A stretch of DNA of 64,000 bases. Source: an uncultured Acidobacteriota bacterium. GTDB lineage: Bacteria > Acidobacteriota > UBA6911 > RPQK01 > JAPXNP01. The stretch lies in the NCBI GenBank assembly GCA_963777605.1, contig CAVZRV010000008.1, positions 320,001 to 384,000 on the forward strand, in the 5' to 3' direction. Shown here one piece after another: positions 10,574 through 18,425 of this stretch. The notes under the pieces were generated by a model. It ran no database searches and was not told the DNA's origin. It was given only the letters and a program-made list of their open reading frames with translations. Numbering within the stretch: the first letter of the stretch is position 1; the number at the start of each line of letters is the position of its first letter. The position numbers and the translations under genes were made by a program.

Positions 10574-10931
10574 ATCTCGGCAATTCCGCTAACTCTTGTA
10601 TTCTGTGAGAGATGCTGCTGCCGCTGAGAACAGCGAGTGGCGAGAAAAAAGTCGTCTATCGAGCCGTTTGAGCGTGATGGGGACACCACGCCCAATCTCC
10701 GCGAATCCGCATGAGCAGGCTTTTCAAAAGGGGCATGAACGGTGGCCCGGGGTGGCTGTCTGAATGGTCTATTCTGACCTTGAGGAGTGCTCCAAGAGCC
10801 TCACTAATGAATGATCGCACAGCCCGGGACCAAGCTGACTTTGGGGCAAAAATGCGCCAGTGCCTCGAGGGTCTTAACTGCCACTGCTCATGCCGCGCAG
10901 TGGATTTTAATCGATTGATGCGGCCGCGGCA
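10574..10931 (-). mobile_element. Cassette type B: transposase-free unit carrying a bridge/seekRNA-like module, copy 1
   Basis: 10771-10882 aligns by eye at roughly three-quarters identity with the IS110 upstream non-coding region 13579-13690. Confidence 0.8.
10732..10894 (-). ncRNA. Putative orphan guide (bridge/seek-like) RNA
   Basis: Conserved core shared with the IS110 non-coding end, enclosed by a 15-bp inverted repeat (10732-10746 / 10880-10894); strand assumed from transposase orientation. Confidence 0.6.
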
Positions 10932-10981
10932 AGTTTCACTCTTTGAATGGTCCGGCGGCGCACGACTGACCTGAAACTTCA

Positions 10982-11339
10982 ATCTTGGGCAATTCCGCTA
11001 ACTCTTGTATTCTGTAGAGATGCCTGCCGCTGAGAACAGCGAGTGGTGAGAAAAAGTCATTCTATATCAAGAGCCGTTTGACGTGATGGGGACACCACGC
11101 CCAATACTCCGCAAATGCCATGAGCAGGCTTTTCAAAAGGGGCATGAACGGTGGCCCGGGGTGGCTGTCTGAATGGTCTATTCTGACCCTTTGAGAGATC
11201 TGAGCTAATGGAATTTGATCGCACAGCCCGGGACCAAGCTGACTTTGGGGCGAAAAAATGCACAGTGCCTCAGAGGGTCTTGACTGCCACTGCTGATGCC
11301 GCGCGGTGGAGGCTTAATGGATTAGATGGGGCCGGGCCA
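10982..11339 (-). mobile_element. Cassette type B, copy 2 (noisy or degenerate)
   Basis: Colinear with 10574-10931 but with many small indels and substitutions. Confidence 0.7.
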
Positions 11340-11399
11340 AGTTTCACACACCTGAAATGGTCCGGAGCGCCCGGGGAGCGGGGCTGACTTGAAACTTCA

Positions 11400-11753
11400 A
11401 TCGAGATGAGTTGAAGAGTCTGGATGATTTGGACGCGTCTGGACGGGAATTCGGGCGATCGGTGGAGAGCCAGGGACGCGATTATCGGCTGGATCCTGGT
11501 TCCTGGTCCGGTGCCAGACGTGGATGAGTGAAGATCACAGGATCGGCGCCGGGCTGGCCCCTGAAGGGGGCCTGTTTCCAGCCCAGGCATTTGCCTGGGT
11601 TTACGGTTCCCCCATCAAGAATCCAGCCCTGAAAGGGCGGCACAGCTCTCCGGACGTGAAGAATCGGCGCGACCTTACAGGCCGCGATCGAGTTGCGGGA
11701 CCACAGACCCAGGGCAAGCCCTGGGCTGAAACCAAGGCGCCCAGCGCCAGGTC
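11400..11753. mobile_element. Non-coding cassette type A, copy 3
   Basis: Same family as 9823-10181. Confidence 0.8.
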
Positions 11754-11790
11754 CGTTTCACTCTCTGAAGGATCCGCGGAGGGCGCGGGG

Positions 11791-11968
<178 letters not shown>

Positions 11969-12141
11969 ATGATCGACAGCTCGGGACCAAGCTGACTTTG
12001 GGGCAAAAACGCGCCAGTGCCTCGAGGGTCTTAACTGCCACTGCTCATGCCGCGCAGTGGATTTTAGTCGATTGATGCGGCGCGGCAAGTTTCACTCTCT
12101 GAATGATCCGGCGCCGCCGGGGGCCGGGCTGACTTGAAACT

Positions 12142-13518
12142 TCATCCTTGGACCTCCACCGGAACCAGTTTGTAGCCCATGGTTTGGGCCGTGCTGGTGA
12201 GGGACTGGAACCGTTTGAGCCGGTAGCGTGCTTCGTAGGCTTCGGCGCCTTCGTCGACATAGTCCTGACCGAAGCGGAGCATGCGGTAGATGTACTGAGC
12301 CAGTTTGCGGGCGGTGGCGAAGACGGCGGTGCCCCCTCCTTTGCGTCGGGCGATGTGGCGGAAGTAGGCTCCCATCGCCGACTGCGAATGTTTCAGGGAC
12401 AGCGCGGCCATCCTCAGGACATTGGCCACGCGGGTGGAGCCGGTGCCCTGGCGCCGTTTGCGCAGGGGTTTGCCGGCGGAGTAGGCGGTCTTTGGACTCA
12501 GTCGCAGCCAGGACACGAAGTGCTTTTCGACCGGAAACGCCGACAGATCCAGGCCGATCTCGCTGAGGATGAGTTGGGCCGCCGGCGCAGCGATGCCGTC
12601 GATCCGGGTCAGGTCCACGCCGGTCACCCGCCACAGCATCGTGCGTCGCTGCTGCTCTCCCCGTTTGTTCAGCGCCCGCTCCTTGGTGGGCTGGGGATGG
12701 GGCCCCGGCTCCTGATCGGCTCGGTCGCTCGCCTCGAGTCGGTGGAGCACGCGTCCGATCTCCTCGTCATAGTCGGCCAGTTGACCCTGCACGAAGTCAT
12801 ACCACTCCAACGCTTTGCCCAGGTTGAACAGGTGTTCCTCCCGCCACGTCCCCGTCAGATGCTCCGCTATTTTGGCTTCCGACTTCCGACAGCGCCGGTC
12901 CCGCAAAGCCGCCAGTCGAAACGGATCCCGTTCGCCGCCGACCATCGCCCGCACGATCGCCATTCCGGTCTGTCCCGTCAGATCCGTCACCGCCCGGTGC
13001 ACCTGCACGTTCATCTGGTCGAGCGCCTTCTGCATCATCTGCACCGCCTGCCCCGCCAGCCTCACCAGTCCGGCCCGCTCCCGCTCGAGCGCCCGCAACT
13101 GACAGATCGCTTCGGCGGGTCGGAACGATCCCCGCAGCAAACCACAACTGTGCAGCAACTGGATCCACTGGCAATCCTTGATGTCGGTCTTGCGGCCCGG
13201 GACGTACTTCAACTGCCGCGCATTGACCAGCACCACTTCGAATCCCCGCGACACCAACAGCTCGTACAGCGGGATCCAGTACACCCCGGTCGCTTCCATC
13301 GCCACCGATTCGATCCTGTCGGCCTCGAGTCGGTCCAATACCAACTCCAACTCCGGTGTCGTCGTCCCAAAACAAAGGACCTTCAACTGGCCCGTCTCCC
13401 GATCGGGCCAACACCCGGCGCTTTCGCACGAACCCAGATCGATTCCCGCCACCCGCTCCCGGATCACTCGCAAATCCTGTTGACGCTTCCGACTTCTCGA
13501 CTTCCGCTTCGATCTCAT
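12142..13518 (-). CDS. IS110-family DEDD recombinase/transposase (458 aa)
   Basis: AGIDLG, AMEATGVYW and RKTDIKD (DEDD); C-terminal IDGIA...LSEIGLDLSAF...LSPKTAYSAGK...ATARKLA; RBS AGGAGGA; stop TGA abuts the inverted repeat. Confidence 0.96.
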   Translation of the reverse strand: MRSKRKSRSRKRQQDLRVIRERVAGIDLGSCESAGCWPDRETGQLKVLCFGTTTPELELVLDRLEADRIESVAMEATGVYWIPLYELLVSRGFEVVLVNARQLKYVPGRKTDIKDCQWIQLLHSCGLLRGSFRPAEAICQLRALERERAGLVRLAGQAVQMMQKALDQMNVQVHRAVTDLTGQTGMAIVRAMVGGERDPFRLAALRDRRCRKSEAKIAEHLTGTWREEHLFNLGKALEWYDFVQGQLADYDEEIGRVLHRLEASDRADQEPGPHPQPTKERALNKRGEQQRRTMLWRVTGVDLTRIDGIAAPAAQLILSEIGLDLSAFPVEKHFVSWLRLSPKTAYSAGKPLRKRRQGTGSTRVANVLRMAALSLKHSQSAMGAYFRHIARRKGGGTAVFATARKLAQYIYRMLRFGQDYVDEGAEAYEARYRLKRFQSLTSTAQTMGYKLVPVEVQG

Positions 13519-13541
13519 GCTAGCTTTGTCCTCCTGGTGAA

Positions 13542-13704
13542 TCGGCACAGGCTCGGGCTCGAGGTGGCGTGAATTTGGATTCTGACTTCGGGGAGTGCCC
13601 TGAGCGGCCTCGCCAATGAATGATCGCCTCACTCGAAACCAGGCTGACTTTGGGGCAACATGCTCCAGTGCACAACGGGTCTGAACTGCCCGGGCCTGTG
13701 CCGA
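13542..13704 (-). ncRNA. Putative bridge/seekRNA of IS110 copy 1
   Basis: 17-bp closing inverted repeat (13542-13558 / 13688-13704) and internal hairpins; contains GATCATTCA and AAGTCAG, which match the element junctions. Confidence 0.65.
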
Positions 13705-13793
13705 ACGCAAGCATAGCCGACTCTCGCAGGCTTGGCTCAGTTTCACTCTCTGAATGGTCCGGCGGCGGCCGGGGGCGGGGCTGACTTGAAACT

Positions 13794-15170
13794 TCATCCT
13801 TGGACCTCCACCGGAACCAGTTTGTAGCCCATGGTTTGGGCCGTGCTGGTGAGGGACTGGAACCGTTTGAGCCGGTAGCGTGCTTCGTAGGCTTCGGCGC
13901 CTTCGTCGACATAGTCCTGACCGAAGCGGAGCATGCGGTAGATGTACTGAGCCAGTTTGCGGGCGGTGGCGAAGACGGCGGTGCCCCCTCCTTTGCGTCG
14001 GGCGATGTGGCGGAAGTAGGCTCCCATCGCCGACTGCGAATGTTTCAGGGACAGCGCGGCCATCCTCAGGACATTGGCCACGCGGGTGGAGCCGGTGCCC
14101 TGGCGCCGTTTGCGCAGGGGTTTGCCGGCGGAGTAGGCGGTCTTTGGACTCAGTCGCAGCCAGGACACGAAGTGCTTTTCGACCGGAAACGCCGACAGAT
14201 CCAGGCCGATCTCGCTGAGGATGAGTTGGGCCGCCGGCGCAGCGATGCCGTCGATCCGGGTCAGGTCCACGCCGGTCACCCGCCACAGCATCGTGCGTCG
14301 CTGCTGCTCTCCCCGTTTGTTCAGCGCCCGCTCCTTGGTGGGCTGGGGATGGGGCCCCGGCTCCTGATCGGCTCGGTCGCTCGCCTCGAGTCGGTGGAGC
14401 ACGCGTCCGATCTCCTCGTCATAGTCGGCCAGTTGACCCTGCACGAAGTCATACCACTCCAACGCTTTGCCCAGGTTGAACAGGTGTTCCTCCCGCCACG
14501 TCCCCGTCAGATGCTCCGCTATTTTGGCTTCCGACTTCCGACAGCGCCGGTCCCGCAAAGCCGCCAGTCGAAACGGATCCCGTTCGCCGCCGACCATCGC
14601 CCGCACGATCGCCATTCCGGTCTGTCCCGTCAGATCCGTCACCGCCCGGTGCACCTGCACGTTCATCTGGTCGAGCGCCTTCTGCATCATCTGCACCGCC
14701 TGCCCCGCCAGCCTCACCAGTCCGGCCCGCTCCCGCTCGAGCGCCCGCAACTGACAGATCGCTTCGGCGGGTCGGAACGATCCCCGCAGCAAACCACAAC
14801 TGTGCAGCAACTGGATCCACTGGCAATCCTTGATGTCGGTCTTGCGGCCCGGGACGTACTTCAACTGCCGCGCATTGACCAGCACCACTTCGAATCCCCG
14901 CGACACCAACAGCTCGTACAGCGGGATCCAGTACACCCCGGTCGCTTCCATCGCCACCGATTCGATCCTGTCGGCCTCGAGTCGGTCCAATACCAACTCC
15001 AACTCCGGTGTCGTCGTCCCAAAACAAAGGACCTTCAACTGGCCCGTCTCCCGATCGGGCCAACACCCGGCGCTTTCGCACGAACCCAGATCGATTCCCG
15101 CCACCCGCTCCCGGATCACTCGCAAACCCTGTTGACGCTTCCGACTTCTCGACTTCCGCTTCGATCTCAT
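13794..15170 (-). CDS. IS110-family DEDD recombinase/transposase (458 aa), second copy
   Basis: Translation identical to copy 1 except one D/G change near the N-terminus. Confidence 0.95.
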   Translation of the reverse strand: MRSKRKSRSRKRQQGLRVIRERVAGIDLGSCESAGCWPDRETGQLKVLCFGTTTPELELVLDRLEADRIESVAMEATGVYWIPLYELLVSRGFEVVLVNARQLKYVPGRKTDIKDCQWIQLLHSCGLLRGSFRPAEAICQLRALERERAGLVRLAGQAVQMMQKALDQMNVQVHRAVTDLTGQTGMAIVRAMVGGERDPFRLAALRDRRCRKSEAKIAEHLTGTWREEHLFNLGKALEWYDFVQGQLADYDEEIGRVLHRLEASDRADQEPGPHPQPTKERALNKRGEQQRRTMLWRVTGVDLTRIDGIAAPAAQLILSEIGLDLSAFPVEKHFVSWLRLSPKTAYSAGKPLRKRRQGTGSTRVANVLRMAALSLKHSQSAMGAYFRHIARRKGGGTAVFATARKLAQYIYRMLRFGQDYVDEGAEAYEARYRLKRFQSLTSTAQTMGYKLVPVEVQG

Positions 15171-15193
15171 GCTAGCTTTGTCCTCCTGGTGAA

Positions 15194-15356
15194 TCGGCAC
15201 AGGCTCGGGCTCGAGGTGGCGTGAATTTGGATTCTGACTTCGGGGAGTGCCCTGAGCGGCCTCGCCAATGAATGATCGCCTCACTCGAAACCAGGCTGAC
15301 TTTGGGGCAACATGCTCCAGTGCACAACGGGTCTGAACTGCCCGGGCCTGTGCCGA
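15194..15356 (-). ncRNA. Putative bridge/seekRNA of IS110 copy 2
   Basis: Same sequence as 13542-13704. Confidence 0.62.
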
Positions 15357-15448
15357 ACGCAAGCATAGCCGACTCTCGCAGGCTTGGCTCAGTTTCACTC
15401 TCTGAATGGTCCGGCGGCGGCCGGGGGCGGGGCTGACTTGAAACTTCA

Positions 15449-15791
15449 ATCGAGATGAATTGAAGACCTAACACTTGTATTCTCGTTTCTGGAGAGATTA
15501 TTATTGAGGCATCTGGGCCAGGACGTGATTATTTCGGCTGGATCTGGTTGGTAAGGTGACTGGATGAGTGATATTTTAACAGATCGGCCAAAAGGGCCCC
15601 TAAAGGGGGCCTGTTCTTCAGGATTTACTGGGTTCTTTTTTTATCGGCTTCCACTCATCAAGAATCAGCGCTGAAAGTGCTGAACAATGCCATCTCGGAC
15701 GAATGAGAATCAGAGGGAGACTTAGCCGCACAGCCGAGAAAAAAGACTCAGTGAAGCCCTTTGATAGCGCTGAACTGGGGAAGTTTCACCA
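15449..15791. other. Chimeric/noisy cassette (patchwork of A, B and C fragments)
   Basis: Contains C-like TCTCGTTTCTGGAG, B-like CTTGTATTCT and GAGAAAAAAG, and A-like GGACGTGATTAT, GGCCCCTAAAGGGGGCCTG and CATCAAGAATC. Confidence 0.6.
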
Positions 15792-15848
15792 AGTTTCACT
15801 CTTTGAATGATCCGGCGCCGCCAGAATTAAGACTGACTTGAAACTTCA

Positions 15849-16205
15849 AAATGGATGACTGGAAGAACCTGGATGATTTGGACGCGTTTGGATGGGAATT
15901 CGGGCGATCGGTGGAGAGCCAGGGACGTGATTATCGGCTGGATCCTGGTTCCGGGTCCGGTGCCAGACGTGGATGAGTGATGATCACAGGATCGGCGCCG
16001 GACTGGCCCCTGAAGGGGGCCTGTTTCCAGCCCAGGCATTTGCCTGGGTTCACGGCCCACCCATCAAGAATCCAGCCCTGAAAGGGCGGCACAGCTCTCC
16101 GGACGTGAAGAATCGGCGCGACCTTACAGGCCGCGATCGCCTTGCCGGGACCACAGACCCAAGGCAAGCCCTGGGCTGAAACCAAGGCGCCTCAGCGCCA
16201 GGTCG
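15849..16205. mobile_element. Non-coding cassette type A, copy 4
   Basis: Same family as 9395-9764. Confidence 0.8.
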
Positions 16206-16262
16206 AGTTTCACTCTCTGAATGGTCCGGCGGCGCCGGGGGCGCGGCTGACTTGAAACTTCA

Positions 16263-16555
16263 ATTTGGATGAACTGGAAATCCTGGATGATTTGGACGCG
16301 TCTGGATGGAGATTCGGGCGATCGGTGGAACTCAGAAGCCTGGTTCTCGGCTGGATCCTGGATACCCCGATTTCAGAACGCGAGTGTCAGCGAGCGCGGC
16401 TCCGGGCGATGGTGAGTCAGCGGAAGTGCTGCCGGAGGCCGGAACCGCGGGATGGAGTCAAGATCCGAGGTGGGCGATGGATGAAGGCCTGGATACGCGC
16501 GCGCTGACTTGCGTACTGAATGCGTGAAAACCGCGATCCCGGGCCGGAGTTGGCA
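16263..16555. mobile_element. Non-coding cassette type D
   Basis: First ~95 bp homologous to type A, followed by a different inverted-repeat pair (CAGAACGCGAGTGTCAGCGAGCGCG ... CGCGCGCGCTGACTTGCGTACTG). Confidence 0.68.
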
Positions 16556-16562
16556 AGCTTCA

Positions 16563-17074
16563 CTATTCGAATGATCCCCGCAGCGCGGAATCACTGGAAC
16601 CCGCCTGAAACTCGGGATCGATCGTCGCGAAATGGAGCAGGTCAAAGAATCCCAGGCGAAGCTGCTTCAACGCAAAGCTCAAGGCGATCAGCGGAAGGGT
16701 CGCGGATACCAGCAAAGTAATCCAGAATGCGGTTGGAATCTGGATTGTGCCCTGGATCGAATCGAGGATCACTAGACTGGCACCAAGTGTCAGGACCCAA
16801 TATGCCCATAAGAGAAGGCGCTTCCAGTGGCTCGAGGCCGCAGGAGTCGTGTCACGTGCCAAGGCGGCCTCAAGTTCCTGGTCAAACTGGGGAGAGAGGT
16901 GGGGAACGGGAAGCGCTGCCAAGCTTGGGCCAGTTCCTGGTGACCGAAAAGAGTATCCCGGCACTGATCGCAGATCTCGAGATGGGACTCCCATTGCCTG
17001 CGCTCTTCGCCCGATTTGAATGCTCCTTCGAAGAACCGCTCAATCTGGCCCAGGCTGGGGCAGTACTTATCCAT
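16563..17074 (-). CDS. Zinc-finger (zf-HC2) membrane anti-sigma factor (frameshifted near 16900-16960)
   Basis: HLEICDQC motif in the 5' frame; two hydrophobic helices in the 3' frame; directly downstream of an ECF sigma factor. Confidence 0.75.
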
Positions 17075-17075
17075 T

Positions 17076-17645
17076 TCAGACCTTGCCTCTCAGTGAACGT
17101 CCCAGCAACTTTCTTGCCCGGAACAGGTGAGACTTCACCGTCGAGGATTTGAGATCGAGATACTGCGCAATCTCCGCCACCGACTGGTCAAGCCAGTAGT
17201 GCAGGAAGACGACCGACCGAGCGGGTTCGGGAAGTCTCTCCACGCACTTCAGAATTCGCTCGTCGCGTTCGTGGTCGCTCGCCTTCCGCAGGGGACTTCG
17301 CCGGGGGGATGCCTGCGAGCGAAGCGTGCTTTCGCCCGAGTGGTGGAATTTAAGGCGGGGTTTCCGGCGCCAGTCGATCGAACGATTAAATGCAATCCGG
17401 TAAAGCCACGTGCTGAAACGGCTGTCAAAGCGAAACTGCTTCAGGTCCCGGTGGACCGTCAGAAACACCTCCTGCACGACTTCTTCGGCTTCTTCCGTGA
17501 ACGAGGGCCCGAGAACCGAGAGAACCAGTCGAAACACTTTCTCCTTGTAGCGACGAACGAGAATCGCAAAGAAGTGATCCTTCCCCGTCTTCAAATAGTG
17601 CCCGACCAGTTCCTCGTCTTTCCAGAGATCGGAGTTGTCGCTCAC
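17076..17645 (-). CDS. ECF RNA polymerase sigma factor
   Basis: AEEVVQEVFL, FSTWLYRIAFN and TVKSHLFRARKLL; start codon approximate. Confidence 0.92.
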   Translation of the reverse strand: MSDNSDLWKDEELVGHYLKTGKDHFFAILVRRYKEKVFRLVLSVLGPSFTEEAEEVVQEVFLTVHRDLKQFRFDSRFSTWLYRIAFNRSIDWRRKPRLKFHHSGESTLRSQASPRRSPLRKASDHERDERILKCVERLPEPARSVVFLHYWLDQSVAEIAQYLDLKSSTVKSHLFRARKLLGRSLRGKV

Positions 17646-17713
17646 CGCAGTTGGGGGAACGGTGTCCTTCAGCGGAACACAAAAGAAGTCGAGAGAGTAA
17701 GTCGCAGACAACA

Positions 17714-18145
17714 CTATTTTGATTTTAGGTCTTCCTTGAAACCCTTGCTCAAGAGGAAGAACAGAAGAAGGCCGAAGCCACAGAGTATTGGGATCAATCC
17801 GACCGTCCAGACGGGCTGAAGATCTAAGTTCCCGGAGAAGTGAAAGGCGATGCAAATGCCGATTCCAGCCGGAATCAGGAACAGTCCGAACCCCAGAGCG
17901 ATGAGCCGAACCCAAACGAGGACTTTCTCCTGCAGCGAACCATCCGACATCACCGTGTGTTCCGGGAGTTGGAGATTATCGATCGGCAGTCCTTTTTCCA
18001 TGGCCATAATCCTTTCCTTGTGAATCATTTCCCGCTGTTTGACCAGCGTCTGATCGAGCAGAAAGCGTTTTAGCATTCCGTAGCCGACAAATCCGAAGAC
18101 GACCAGCAAGAGAAACAACAGCACTTCCATCGTCCCTACCTCCAT
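17714..18145 (-). CDS. Membrane protein (DUF6249-like) heading the ECF operon
   Basis: TM helix, then HKERIMAMEKG, then two TM helices. Confidence 0.7.
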   Translation of the reverse strand: MEVGTMEVLLFLLLVVFGFVGYGMLKRFLLDQTLVKQREMIHKERIMAMEKGLPIDNLQLPEHTVMSDGSLQEKVLVWVRLIALGFGLFLIPAGIGICIAFHFSGNLDLQPVWTVGLIPILCGFGLLLFFLLSKGFKEDLKSK

Positions 18146-18425
18146 TTCTTACGAGACACCCTTTGGACGGAAGCGGCGGAGTTCCGGTTGCAGATTTCTT
18201 GAGAACCCGGGCAGGACAGTCTCCGATGTCGAAAGTGATGAAGGCTAAGACTGGCGCGAGCATGCCGTTGCTATTGCTTCGGGTCGGGACTTCTTCTCTC
18301 CTTTCAGGATGCGTTCACCAAGCCTGAAGTCGGAGTAAACAACTCGAGCTTCAGTCTCGAGTTCCCCACGAATCGATTGACCCGGCAAGTTGGGCTCTCT
18401 ATAACTGGTGTTGCGGGAGGTTCAC

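Larger units (their letters stand above)
12130..13753 (-). mobile_element. IS110/IS1111-family element, copy 1
   Basis: Bounded by TCA cores, with sub-terminal inverted repeats TGAAACT / AGTTTCA; ~220-bp 5' non-coding region plus DEDD transposase. Confidence 0.92.
13782..15405 (-). mobile_element. IS110/IS1111-family element, copy 2
   Basis: Direct repeat of copy 1 at a 1652-bp offset, separated by the 28-bp spacer 13754-13781. Confidence 0.9.

Noticed and set aside
9325-11590. Short ORFs inside cassettes A, B and C
   Set aside because: No recognisable motifs or RBS, they cross repeat boundaries, and frames are not preserved between copies.
12142-15449. 714-aa and 551-aa extended transposase ORFs
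   Set aside because: The extensions run through the non-coding end, the repeat and an alternate frame of the neighbouring copy; the RBS-supported starts are at 13518 and 15170.
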